DNA of 64,000 nucleotides from Candidatus Bruticola sp. (GTDB lineage Bacteria > Vulcanimicrobiota > Xenobia > Xenobiales > Xenobiaceae): positions 1 to 64,000 of the forward strand of contig JBJEGD010000035.1 in assembly GCA_051874735.1 (NCBI GenBank). Direction: 5' to 3'. Below, in pieces: positions 1 through 9,678 of the stretch. Made by a program: the position numbers and the translations under genes. The stretch's first letter is position 1, and each line of letters opens with the position of its first letter. Under the pieces are notes generated by a model. It was not told the origin of the DNA, did not search any database, and saw nothing but the letters and a program-made list of their open reading frames with translations.

Positions 1-872
1 AATTTAGAGACAACGCCTAAACCAGAACATTCCGGACAAGCTCCAAAAGGTGAATTAAAAGAGAAAAGGCGCGGTTCTAATGAAGCGAAGGAGAGACCGC
101 ATTCCAAGCAGGCTAAATGTTGACTATATAGCTGCTCGCCGCCTTCTAGATTATGGAGCATAATTACGCCTTCGCCCAATTTTAGGGCTAGCTCTACCGA
201 TTCTGCGATGCGATGGTAAGCGGTGGGCTTAACAACTACGCGATCAATTACCACTTCAATATTGTGGGCTGCGTAGCGATCTAGCTGAGGTAGATCTTCT
301 TCGCAATCAAGACGCACTATTTCTCCATCAATACGAACGCGGCTCAATCCCTGGTTTAAAATGTTTTGCAGCAGCTTTTGATACTGTCCTTTGCGTCCTC
401 TAACTAAAGGAGCTAAAATATTGAATTTGGAACCTTCGGGGTTAGCAAAAATAATATCTACGATCTGGTCTAAAGTTTGAGGAAATATTTCTCGGCCGCA
501 TTGTGGACAGTGGGGCTGACCAGCTCGAGCGTAAAGCAAGCGCAGGTAGTCGTATATTTCGGTAACGGTACCTACGGTGGACCGAGGATTTGACGAGCTG
601 CTTTTTTGATCGATAGAAATAGCTGGCGACAATCCCTCTACGCTGTCGACGTCTGGTTTATCTAATTTACCCAGAAACTGACGGGCGTAAGAAGATAGCG
701 ACTCCATATAGCGCCTGCGCCCTTCAGCGTATATAGTATCAAAGACTAACGAAGATTTTCCTGAGCCGGATAATCCTGTCACCACTGTCATTTTGTTGCG
801 TGGTATCTTCAAATCTATATTTTTTAAATTATTTTCTCGAGCACCTTTTATAACTATTTCTTCTAGAGCCAT
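1..872 (-). CDS. uvrA: Excinuclease ABC subunit A (5' part; runs off window start)
   Basis: Not in ORF track; manual translation from ATG at 872 gives [68 protein letters not shown], the UvrA N-terminus with Walker A; directly downstream of uvrB. Confidence 0.97.
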   Translation of the reverse strand, partial: MALEEIVIKGARENNLKNIDLKIPRNKMTVVTGLSGSGKSSLVFDTIYAEGRRRYMESLSSYARQFLGKLDKPDVDSVEGLSPAISIDQKSSSSNPRSTVGTVTEIYDYLRLLYARAGQPHCPQCGREIFPQTLDQIVDIIFANPEGSKFNILAPLVRGRKGQYQKLLQNILNQGLSRVRIDGEIVRLDCEEDLPQLDRYAAHNIEVVIDRVVVKPTAYHRIAESVELALKLGEGVIMLHNLEGGEQLYSQHLACLECGLSFASLEPRLFSFNSPFGACPECSGLGVVSK

Positions 873-916
873 CTTTTTATTGTCTCATTTATTAATTAAA
901 TTTTTGGCAGTCAAGC

Positions 917-3067
917 TTAGCGGTCTTTGGCTGAACGTTTTTTAGAGGTTGTCTTTCGATTTGCTGATGGACGCTTTAACGGAAACTCCTCGATGCTTTC
1001 GGCTAATTCTAAAGCTGCAGCAATAGGTATGCCTTCCAAAATTGAGTTTAGTTGTCTTTTTAGTGAGTACATTTGATCTCGCAGAGCTGCTGCCGTTTCA
1101 AATTGCATTTTGGCCGCTTCTTGCAGCATGGCTTCTTCTGTTCGAGATATAAGAGTGCGCAGCTCTTCTAAATTAAGGCGGCTACGTTCTTCTTTTGAGG
1201 TTAGAAGCGTGCCTTTTACTTGACAATTGGCGTCTTCCTGACCAGTTATGCTATCTACGCGGCTGCCGGAACTGACCATGCCTAAAATATCTTTGACTGC
1301 TTTGCTGATAGTTCGAGGGGTAATATTATGCTCTTGATTGTAAGCTAGTTGAATTTGGCGACGTCTAGTTGTTTCTTCTATGGCTGCTTGCATAGATTTT
1401 GTAATGCAGTCAGCGTAAAGAATTACTTTGCCACTTATGTTGCGAGCCGCCCGTCCAATCGTTTGAATTAAACTTGTACTTGAACGCAGAAAGCCTTCTT
1501 TATCGGCGTCCAAAATAGCCACTAGCGATACTTCGGGCAGATCTAACCCTTCACGCAGCAAATTTATACCTACCAGCACATCGAAGCGTCCTAACCGCAA
1601 ATCGCGCAGTATTTCTATACGCTCTAAAGTATCGACGTCGGAGTGTAGATATTTTACCTTGATATTCAGATTGGCTAAATATTCAGTCAGCTCTTCAGCC
1701 ATCTTTTTTGTCAGAGTGGTGACTAAAGTGCGTTCATTGTTGGCTGTCCTTTTTCTGATTTCTCCAATTAAGTCATCAATTTGGCCTTCAATAGGTCGGA
1801 CTTCAGTTTCCGGATCGACTAAACCGGTAGGGCGGATAATCTGTTCCACTATTACTTCAGAATTGTCCATCTCGAAGGGTCCAGGGGTGGCGCTGACAAA
1901 GACCACTTGTCCTACTTTTTGGAGAAATTCAGCGAATGACAGAGGACGGTTATCGAAGGCTGAGGGAAGCCTGAAGCCAAATTCCACCAGACTGCGTTTG
2001 CGGGCCTGATCTCCAGCCAGTATACCCTGTAGCTGAGGGATAGAAACGTGAGATTCATCAATAAAAACTATAAAATTGGAAGGAAAGTAATCGAGTAGAG
2101 TATAGGGAGGCTGACCGGGACGACGTCCTGTTAAATGGCGGGAATAATTTTCTATACCCGGACAATATCCTAGCTCCTGTAGAACCTCCAAATCGTAATT
2201 TGTGCGCTGTTCAATGCGTTCAGCTTCCAGCAGTTTATTTTCTTGGCGCAGATGGGCTAAATGCTCGTTGAGTTCAGTTTCTATTGACTGAATAGCCTTA
2301 AGTATTTTTTCGCGTTCCATAACATATACTTTGGCTGGAGAGATAACTACGCGTTCCGGTTTGGCAATAACGTTGAAATTCAGCGGATCAAGTTCATACA
2401 TACACTCTGTTTCTTCGCCGAAAAATTCTATGCGATAAATTTTATTCTCATCGACTGGATATATATCCAGAGTATCTCCATGAAAGCGAAAAGTACCATT
2501 AGTTAGCGTTTCGCTGCGCGTGTAAAACATTTCTACCAAACGGCGCAGCAAAAACTCTCGATCAATTTCTTCTCCCGGGCGGAAGACTAGAAGCATACGC
2601 TTATAATCTTCAGGATTGCCTAAACCGTAAATACAAGATACAGAAGAAACGCATAAAGTGTCGGGCCGGTTAATCGCCGCCTGAATAGCAGAATGGCGCA
2701 GCCGATCTAGTTCGCTATTTAAAGATGATTCTTTTTCGATATAACTATCTGTCTGGGGCATATACGCTTCCGGACGGTAATAATCGAAGTAGGAGACAAA
2801 ATATTCTACCGCATTGTGAGGGAAAAACTCTTTAAATTCAGAGGTTAGTTGAGCGGCTAAGGTTTTATTGTGGCTTATAATCAGGGCTGGTCGGCCCAGG
2901 CGGGCAATTACTGAGGCTATAGTAAAAGTCTTGCCCGTTCCTGTAGCTCCCAGCAGGGTTATAAAACGTTTTCCCTCCTGCAGGCTGTTTACGAGGGAAT
3001 CGATAGCTTTGGGCTGATCTCCTTGAGCGGGAAAAGGAGCTGCCAATTGGAAAAGTTCTTCGCTCAT
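917..3067 (-). CDS. uvrB: Excinuclease ABC subunit B
   Basis: GATGTGKTFT Walker A, VSYFDYYRPEAY, DESH, GINLLREGLDLPEV, QTIGRAARN, C-terminal UVR-like FETAAALRD. Confidence 0.98.
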   Translation of the reverse strand: MSEELFQLAAPFPAQGDQPKAIDSLVNSLQEGKRFITLLGATGTGKTFTIASVIARLGRPALIISHNKTLAAQLTSEFKEFFPHNAVEYFVSYFDYYRPEAYMPQTDSYIEKESSLNSELDRLRHSAIQAAINRPDTLCVSSVSCIYGLGNPEDYKRMLLVFRPGEEIDREFLLRRLVEMFYTRSETLTNGTFRFHGDTLDIYPVDENKIYRIEFFGEETECMYELDPLNFNVIAKPERVVISPAKVYVMEREKILKAIQSIETELNEHLAHLRQENKLLEAERIEQRTNYDLEVLQELGYCPGIENYSRHLTGRRPGQPPYTLLDYFPSNFIVFIDESHVSIPQLQGILAGDQARKRSLVEFGFRLPSAFDNRPLSFAEFLQKVGQVVFVSATPGPFEMDNSEVIVEQIIRPTGLVDPETEVRPIEGQIDDLIGEIRKRTANNERTLVTTLTKKMAEELTEYLANLNIKVKYLHSDVDTLERIEILRDLRLGRFDVLVGINLLREGLDLPEVSLVAILDADKEGFLRSSTSLIQTIGRAARNISGKVILYADCITKSMQAAIEETTRRRQIQLAYNQEHNITPRTISKAVKDILGMVSSGSRVDSITGQEDANCQVKGTLLTSKEERSRLNLEELRTLISRTEEAMLQEAAKMQFETAAALRDQMYSLKRQLNSILEGIPIAAALELAESIEEFPLKRPSANRKTTSKKRSAKDR

Positions 3068-3278
3068 ACGTGGACTATTCTAGCAAAACTAACTATGTAC
3101 TGATAGAGTTTAATTAGGCTGGGCTAAAAATTTAGCTCTGACAAGCCTAGGCTGATCTTTTTATAGGAATCGAGCTTATTTTTCTAAAACTATAAGTGTA
3201 GCAGGGGTAACTTTGTCTACCATGACAAGCGACAATGACGTATGAAAAAAACAGCAGCTGTTAGAAAACGGAGCGTAT

Positions 3279-3935
3279 ATGATTAAATTATGGCGAATGG
3301 CCGTCGGAAGTGCAGCTATTATATTTTCTCTGACTTCCGGCGTCTGGGCTGATGATTTCGGCGCTGACAAAACTGATTTTATTTTGGGGGACATTGAATC
3401 TAGTTACGAATTAAAAGTTGAACCGCTCAATGAGTCGTGTTCGCCTATATGGTACAACGGTTTTAGCCAGACTTTTTTCAGACCAAATGTTGGACTTGAT
3501 GAGGTTATCGATATAAATTCGTTTGCCAATACCGCCCCCGGAGTGCTGGCTAAATTTATCACTATTGGCAACCGACGCTCAGCCGAAGCTTGGAAAGTTA
3601 TTAACCGTGAGAGCCAGCAGTTTATCATACAAACTATGGTCGACGTTTGGCTTAAGAATAATCCCCACGATAAGGATAGTTCTGAGGTTGAGCTTCAGGA
3701 CAAGATGAAAACAATTTTTGAAGATCCTGATAATAAAGTAGCAAAAGTCTTTTGGGAAACCTATTTTATAGGAATTTTTGGGGAACTTCAGTATCAAGTA
3801 GACTTCCGCCGTTTGTCTTTTGATGGCAACGCCGACAAAGAGGTCGTTAAAATAGGAGAACGCACTTTCATTTTGGTTCGCCAAGAACAGCAGTGGAAGG
3901 TTGATCTCATTCATTCCGAATTGGAACCAAAATAA
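3279..3935 (+). CDS. Secreted hypothetical protein (NTF2/DUF4878-like C-terminus)
   Basis: Signal peptide ending VWA; C-terminal LVRQEQQWKVD motif shared with the next two ORFs. Confidence 0.7.
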   Translation: MIKLWRMAVGSAAIIFSLTSGVWADDFGADKTDFILGDIESSYELKVEPLNESCSPIWYNGFSQTFFRPNVGLDEVIDINSFANTAPGVLAKFITIGNRRSAEAWKVINRESQQFIIQTMVDVWLKNNPHDKDSSEVELQDKMKTIFEDPDNKVAKVFWETYFIGIFGELQYQVDFRRLSFDGNADKEVVKIGERTFILVRQEQQWKVDLIHSELEPK

Positions 3936-4204
3936 TTAGGTGCAATTTTTCTTCGTCCAGTTGTAGCTGTATAAATTAAATTGATAAATACACTGTTTTG
4001 TACAGTAGTTTATTTTTTATATTAGATAAATCAAATTTAACAGCCTTAAAAATATTTGCTGGGTTCTCGGTTATCCTATAAGTTATTCTGCAGCTTAGCA
4101 AAATATCTAACATATTAGATTTTTTTCTTCTAAAAATGGAGATAGCAGCAGAAAAAGAGATAAATGCGTGTCAGTTTTAATAAAATAAACGGGAGTAAAA
4201 ACTT

Positions 4205-4756
4205 ATGGTAAACAAAAAAACTGTCTCATCTTTAGTGGCTAGCTTGCTTTTCTCTTTAGTTTTATTGCTGACCGCTCCAGTTGCTCAAGCATCCGGAGCT
4301 GATGAAGCTGCCGCTCTGCAAAGTTTCAAAACTTTTATAAAATATCTGCAAAATCAGGACGGCCGGGCTTGGAATTTATTTTCAGCTAGAACTCAGGGGT
4401 TAATCTTAGATATATCTGTTGAACAGGCTATTAACGATTCTAGAGTGCAATCTATGATGAAGGAGCAGAGTATCTCCCGCCAACAGTTAAGAGAACTTAT
4501 AAAACACGAATTAGCTGATCCCAACAGCGAAGCTTCTAAAGCTTGTTGGTCTGAAGTCCGTCAATCTTTACCTGTAGAGGCACTGGCACAAGTTGATTAT
4601 CAAGCGGTATTAAAAGGCAATATTGTTAGAATATCGGTAGGCGGCGGTAGCGCTGAGTTATTTACTATGGTTAAAGAAAATGGGCAGTGGAAACTAGATC
4701 TGGCGGATGAACTTGGAGCTATGGATAACGCTGTCGATTCTGACGATCAGGATTAG
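4205..4756 (+). CDS. Secreted hypothetical protein (NTF2/DUF4878-like)
   Basis: GGGAG RBS; signal peptide ending AQA; AWNLFS and MVKENGQWKLD motifs. Confidence 0.75.
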   Translation: MVNKKTVSSLVASLLFSLVLLLTAPVAQASGADEAAALQSFKTFIKYLQNQDGRAWNLFSARTQGLILDISVEQAINDSRVQSMMKEQSISRQQLRELIKHELADPNSEASKACWSEVRQSLPVEALAQVDYQAVLKGNIVRISVGGGSAELFTMVKENGQWKLDLADELGAMDNAVDSDDQD

Positions 4757-4765
4757 GCTATTTAA

Positions 4766-5311
4766 GTGAAGGAGGCTTATTCTATGTGGAAAAAATGCCT
4801 TTTGCTATTTATTTTATCTGTGCTGTGCTGTTTTGTCTCAGCTTGTAGCGGCGTCGCTCTTAGCGGAGGACAGGATGAAATTGCTGCAGAGTACAGTAGT
4901 GTTATGGAAATGTGTCAGGGCAGCAGCCCCGATATTTGGCAGCACTTGTCCAAAGAAAGTCGCCGCCTAGCGGCTCTAGAATTAGCCATAATGACTGTGA
5001 TGGAGAAAAAAAGCACCGAATCTCCCATGGCTTTAGCTTTGCAGATTGAACAAAAATTGAATGATAGTCATGATACTTCGTATGTTGATAAAATGTCAGC
5101 TCTCTGTCGGGACTTAGCGAGCTATTATTATGATGTTAAAGTTGGCAAACATGGTACTGTTGTCAAAGTTGACGGAGATTATGCTGAAGTTGTCAATTCA
5201 GATAAAATGAAGTATTTGGAGTTCCATAAAGAGGAGGGCGCGTGGAAGGTAGCTCTTTTAGAAAGCCGCAAGATACCTTTTTCGGAACGTCATTTTGGCA
5301 GCAGCAAATAG
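4766..5311 (+). CDS. Putative lipoprotein (NTF2/DUF4878-like); true start probably ATG 4784
   Basis: AAGGAGG precedes ATG 4784; lipobox-like VSAC; FHKEEGAWKV motif. Confidence 0.7.
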   Translation: MKEAYSMWKKCLLLFILSVLCCFVSACSGVALSGGQDEIAAEYSSVMEMCQGSSPDIWQHLSKESRRLAALELAIMTVMEKKSTESPMALALQIEQKLNDSHDTSYVDKMSALCRDLASYYYDVKVGKHGTVVKVDGDYAEVVNSDKMKYLEFHKEEGAWKVALLESRKIPFSERHFGSSK

Positions 5312-5368
5312 ACTGGCTGTCATATTGAGGTTGGCCTATAGAGTCTGCTCTATATTAGATATAATGTC

Positions 5369-5426
5369 CGGCCCAAGAGGGAAAATGGCTATAATAAGCC
5401 TTCACTGCTACTTGGGCCGTTTTTTT
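5369..5426 (+). terminator. Intrinsic terminator-like hairpin with large loop
   Basis: cggcccaag...cttgggccg followed by T-tract, between convergent genes. Confidence 0.6.
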
Positions 5427-6480
5427 ATATAAATCTGCCTGGCAGCGGTGCACCGCAGCCTTGGCAGCAGCCTTTTTCTAAATTGAGGTCTTTAAATTCA
5501 ATCAGATTGAGCAAGCGCTCAATTAAAAGTCGACCGCATTTTATACAGTAGGTAGACTGACTGGCCGGATGAGCAATATTTCCAGTATAAACGTAGTGCA
5601 AACCGGATTCTAAAGCAATATCTCTAGCTTTAAGCAAGGACGTTAAATTTGTCTTGGCTTTATCCTTCATTAAGTAAGCGGGATGGAAAGCACTAAAATG
5701 GATAGGTACGTCAGGACCTAATTCTTTGACAATCCATCGGCTTAAATCTTTGAGATCTTGCTCTGAATCGTTAAGGTCGGGGATAATGAGGTTAGTGAGT
5801 TCCAACCAGCATTTTGTATGTTCTTTTACATAAATAATTGTGTCTAAAATTGGCTCAATGTCGACTTGACAATAATTTTTGTAGAATTGGGGCCGTATAG
5901 ATTTTAAATCGATATTGGCGGCATCCATATAAGAAAAAAATTCTATGCGGGCTTTAGCCTTAATATAGCCGGCGGTCACGGCAATAGTTTGCAAACCTAA
6001 AGAGTGGCAAACTTTGGCGCTTTCTATAGCGTAATCTGCCCAAATTATGGGATCGTTGTAAGTGAAAGCCACGCTGCTGCAACTATAATTTAAGGCTGCT
6101 AAGCCGACTTTCTGCGGGGGAAGCGACAAACTTAAATTATTATGACAATTTTTAGTAATATGTGAATTTTGGCAAAAGCGGCAGCCCATATTGCAGCCTA
6201 AAGTACCGAAAGAAAGAACGCGGCTTTGAGGCAGAAAATGATAAAGAGGTTTTTTCTCTATAGGATCGATAGCGGCTCCAGTAGTCTTAGCAAAAGAAGT
6301 ATTAATTATATGGCCATTTATATGATGGCGTATAAAACAAAAACCCCTTTGTTCTGGAGATAAGATGCACTGACGCGGACAGAGCTGGCACTGAAGTTGT
6401 CCGTCTGTTGTTTTTGTTTCCCAGTAGTGGTGTGAGTACGGTGATAGTACTGCCGCTTCTTCATTTTCTTTGTCTAACAA
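5425..6480 (-). CDS. amrS: AmmeMemoRadiSam system radical SAM enzyme (PFL-activase-like)
   Basis: CQLCPRQC N-terminal motif, DPIEKKPLYHF, GCNMGCRFCQN, AFHPAY, YVYTGN, C-terminal CxxC pairs. Confidence 0.9.
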   Translation of the reverse strand: MLDKENEEAAVLSPYSHHYWETKTTDGQLQCQLCPRQCILSPEQRGFCFIRHHINGHIINTSFAKTTGAAIDPIEKKPLYHFLPQSRVLSFGTLGCNMGCRFCQNSHITKNCHNNLSLSLPPQKVGLAALNYSCSSVAFTYNDPIIWADYAIESAKVCHSLGLQTIAVTAGYIKAKARIEFFSYMDAANIDLKSIRPQFYKNYCQVDIEPILDTIIYVKEHTKCWLELTNLIIPDLNDSEQDLKDLSRWIVKELGPDVPIHFSAFHPAYLMKDKAKTNLTSLLKARDIALESGLHYVYTGNIAHPASQSTYCIKCGRLLIERLLNLIEFKDLNLEKGCCQGCGAPLPGRFI

Positions 6481-6503
6481 CTTATTTAGCGCCTCCCTGT
6501 ATT

Positions 6504-6555
6504 AAAAATTTGAGGCTGTCCAAGTATCTAAAGATAGAGAAATAGACAGCCTCAA
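6504..6555 (-). terminator. Palindrome / terminator downstream of ygfK
   Basis: ttgaggctgtc (6510-6520) pairs with gacagcctcaa (6545-6555); T-tract follows on the minus strand. Confidence 0.6.
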
Positions 6556-6634
6556 CTATTATGATGGCCCGGTTAGCAGTATATTGCTGTTAATTGAATA
6601 AACTAAACTGGGCTTTACTTTCGATATGGTATTT

Positions 6635-9634
6635 TTAGAAAAGCCAGAGATACTTTTCTTCTAAAGTGGCTAAGAGCTTGGCAAAATCAGCGCAAACTTT
6701 ATCTTGTCCTAAAACAATTTTCCTTTCGCTACCCGGTTCTGCTAAGCGAATATGATAAACATTCTTGGTTACTCGGAAGAATCCGGGGAGATCGCTCTCC
6801 TGGAATTCTTTAAGAGTGGCAAAGAGACTGAGCTTTTCACGGAACGGATCGCTGTTGTAAGGGCAGAAGGCGGTGCAGTTGCCACAGTAGTTGCACATTT
6901 GATCGATATGCAAAATCACCGGCATAGGCATACCATCTACTTCAATAGCCTGATAAGCGCGGTTGGGACAGGCCTGGACGCAGTTAGTGCAGACTGTTCC
7001 ACAGGCGAGACAGCGCTCTTTCTCCTGGGCGGCCTGGATGTAAGGAACCATTAAACCATGCTTGGCATAAATTTCCTCGACGCGTACTTTAGCCGTTTCA
7101 GGTATAGAATAAGTAAAAGAACCCGCGATGGCTTGAGCAGCGTTAGCAGCGTCAGCAATAGCCTCTACTACTGTAGCCGGTCCTTTCTTCGCATCGCCGA
7201 TTACGTAAACGTCGGCGTCTGATATAGAACTAAGGTCGTCATGTAAAGCTACTGTGGAGCGCTCATTCAGTTCTAATCCTTGAGCCTGGAAGAAACTGCC
7301 TTCTACTTTTTCACCTATAGAAGCTATCAAAGTATCGCAAGCTAAGGCTATTTCCTCTTCAGTTTCCACGGGAGAGCGGCGTCCTGAGTCGTCTGCCGGC
7401 CCTAAAACGACCTTGCGGCAAATGAGCTGTCCGTTAAGCCAAGATTTGGGCGCTAAAAGTTCTGCAAATTCAACGCCATCTTCCAAGGCCATGATAAGCT
7501 CTTCTTCATCAGCCGGCATATAACGGCGGGTACGGCGGTACACTAACGTGACTTTCTTTACGCCTTTCAGTCTCTTAGCAGCGCGGGCGGCATCCATAGC
7601 CGTATTGCCTCCGCCGACTATTATGACATTTTCGCCTATATCCTTAATTTCACCAGCTTTAGCCTGGCGCAGGAAGTCGATAACGTTAAGAGCTTTACCT
7701 TCAGTTAAGCGCAGTTGGCCAGGCTTATAAGCACCGACAGCGTAAATAACTTTGCTGAATCCAGCTTTCTTTAACTCAGCCAGTGAAGGAGCCGCCGTGT
7801 TGAGCTTAATTTCGCATCCCATAGTTTGGAGCAATTCGATATCGCGTTTTATAGCGCATTTAGATATGCGGAATTCGGGGATTACCCAAGCCACAATGCC
7901 TCCCAACTGGGAGCTCTTTTCAAATATAGTCACGCGGCAATTTTGGCGGGCTAAGAAGAAGGCTGCAGCCATGCCAGCTGGTCCTCCGCCAACTATAGCT
8001 ACTCTAGGTCCATCTGCGGCAGGAATGAGAGCGGCTCTTTCCTCTTTCAGCTCCTTAATTAGTTCATCGATACCTAAACGGGCTGCCTGCAATTTCGCTT
8101 GACGAATATGCACAGAGTCTTCGTAGAAGTTGCGCGTGCACTTCGTTTGACAGTTGTGGGGACAGATTGTTCCAGTAATGAAGGGCAAGGGATTTTTGGC
8201 CGTGATCAGGCGCAAAGCTTCTAAATTCCGTCCTTGTCCAACTAAACTTACATATTCGGGAATATCCTGATGAATGGGACATCCTTGACTGCAGGGAGAG
8301 ATAAAACAGTTAAAGCGAGGAACTTTAGCATTGATTTTGCGTGAAGGCAGCGGTTTTAAAGCCTTAAAGTTATGGGCGCAGGTGCGGGCGTCTTCAGCTA
8401 AAGCAGTGACTACTCCCACTTTAACGCAGTCGAAGGGCTTGTAGTCTTCTTGGGATAACTTTTCGGCAATTTGGGTGCAGCGCTGATAACCGCCCGGTTT
8501 GAGCAAAGTTGTAGCCAAAGTTATGGGCCAAATATTGGCTTTAAATAAAGGCACAATGTTAGCCGCATCGGCGCCTCCAGAGTATGAGATGCGCATATTG
8601 CCATCAAAAGTTTGGCTAATGCGTTTGGCCAACTCCATGGTGAGAGGATAGAGGGAACGGCCGCTCATATACATTTCATTGCCGGGAAGCTCTTGGTGGG
8701 CAATGTCCACAGGGAATGTATTAGTTAATTTTAAACCGAAGCTGACGCCGTGATGTTGAGCTAATTTGAGTAGACGGCTGAACATAGGCACCGCATCAGA
8801 CCACTGCAAGTCAGCTTTGAAGTGATGATCGTCGAATTCGATATAATCGAAGCCCATTTTATCTAAAGTGCGTCGAGCAAATTCATAGCCCAGCAGAGTG
8901 GGATTACATTTTACGAAGGTATTGAGCTTCTTTACTTCGATAAGATAAGTTGCTATTTTCTCAATTTCCTGAGGCGGACACCCGTGCAGAGTGGACAGAG
9001 TAATAGAGCGGCAGATATGAGGATTTATCTGTTCAATGTAATCTTTATTCAGTTTTGGTAGACGGCGCAGATTATCTAAGGCCCATTGGCGACATTCTTG
9101 CCAAACTTCAGTCTGGGAAGCGTCTTTTAAACCTTCAATAAAGCTGTCGATTTTAGGCGAAGATATGCCTTTAAAATCGTATCCTACGCTCATATTAAAT
9201 ATAAAACCGTTCGGATCGCCCCAGCCGTATTGAGCACTGAGAAGCTTGAGGGCCCACCAGGCTTTTACATATTCGCCGAAAGCTTCCTGAACTCGCAGTT
9301 CTGTTGACCATTCTACGTTGTAGCATTCATCATTAGCGGCGATGCAGGGTTTAGCTACTGGCAGATCTTCTCCGTCTAAAGTTTGTACGGTTTTTAGTTC
9401 AAAAAAGCGGCAGCCGGCAAAGTAGGCGGCAATAATATTTTGACTTAATTGAGTGTGGGGACCGGCTGCTGGGCCGAAGGGAGTTTCTAAGCACTCGCCA
9501 AAAATTTCCAATTTTTTATTAGCTACAGGTTTAAAAGGATGGTTGAGGGAAAAAACAGTCCCTTTTTGAGCGTACTCATTTAATATACGTTCCATAAGGG
9601 GAGCGAAAGCGAAGGGCGTCATTCTATCTGACAT
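6635..9634 (-). CDS. ygfK: YgfK-family Fe-S flavoprotein oxidoreductase ('putative selenate reductase')
   Basis: MSDRMTP N-terminus, GPAAGPHTQL, DECYNVEWSTEL, KCNPTLLG, GGGPAG and GGGNTAMD dinucleotide motifs, C-terminal ferredoxin cysteines. Confidence 0.93.
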   Translation of the reverse strand: MSDRMTPFAFAPLMERILNEYAQKGTVFSLNHPFKPVANKKLEIFGECLETPFGPAAGPHTQLSQNIIAAYFAGCRFFELKTVQTLDGEDLPVAKPCIAANDECYNVEWSTELRVQEAFGEYVKAWWALKLLSAQYGWGDPNGFIFNMSVGYDFKGISSPKIDSFIEGLKDASQTEVWQECRQWALDNLRRLPKLNKDYIEQINPHICRSITLSTLHGCPPQEIEKIATYLIEVKKLNTFVKCNPTLLGYEFARRTLDKMGFDYIEFDDHHFKADLQWSDAVPMFSRLLKLAQHHGVSFGLKLTNTFPVDIAHQELPGNEMYMSGRSLYPLTMELAKRISQTFDGNMRISYSGGADAANIVPLFKANIWPITLATTLLKPGGYQRCTQIAEKLSQEDYKPFDCVKVGVVTALAEDARTCAHNFKALKPLPSRKINAKVPRFNCFISPCSQGCPIHQDIPEYVSLVGQGRNLEALRLITAKNPLPFITGTICPHNCQTKCTRNFYEDSVHIRQAKLQAARLGIDELIKELKEERAALIPAADGPRVAIVGGGPAGMAAAFFLARQNCRVTIFEKSSQLGGIVAWVIPEFRISKCAIKRDIELLQTMGCEIKLNTAAPSLAELKKAGFSKVIYAVGAYKPGQLRLTEGKALNVIDFLRQAKAGEIKDIGENVIIVGGGNTAMDAARAAKRLKGVKKVTLVYRRTRRYMPADEEELIMALEDGVEFAELLAPKSWLNGQLICRKVVLGPADDSGRRSPVETEEEIALACDTLIASIGEKVEGSFFQAQGLELNERSTVALHDDLSSISDADVYVIGDAKKGPATVVEAIADAANAAQAIAGSFTYSIPETAKVRVEEIYAKHGLMVPYIQAAQEKERCLACGTVCTNCVQACPNRAYQAIEVDGMPMPVILHIDQMCNYCGNCTAFCPYNSDPFREKLSLFATLKEFQESDLPGFFRVTKNVYHIRLAEPGSERKIVLGQDKVCADFAKLLATLEEKYLWLF

Positions 9635-9678
9635 GTAAAGAACTCCTTAGGAAATGACTTATTTATATTAATAAAGTT

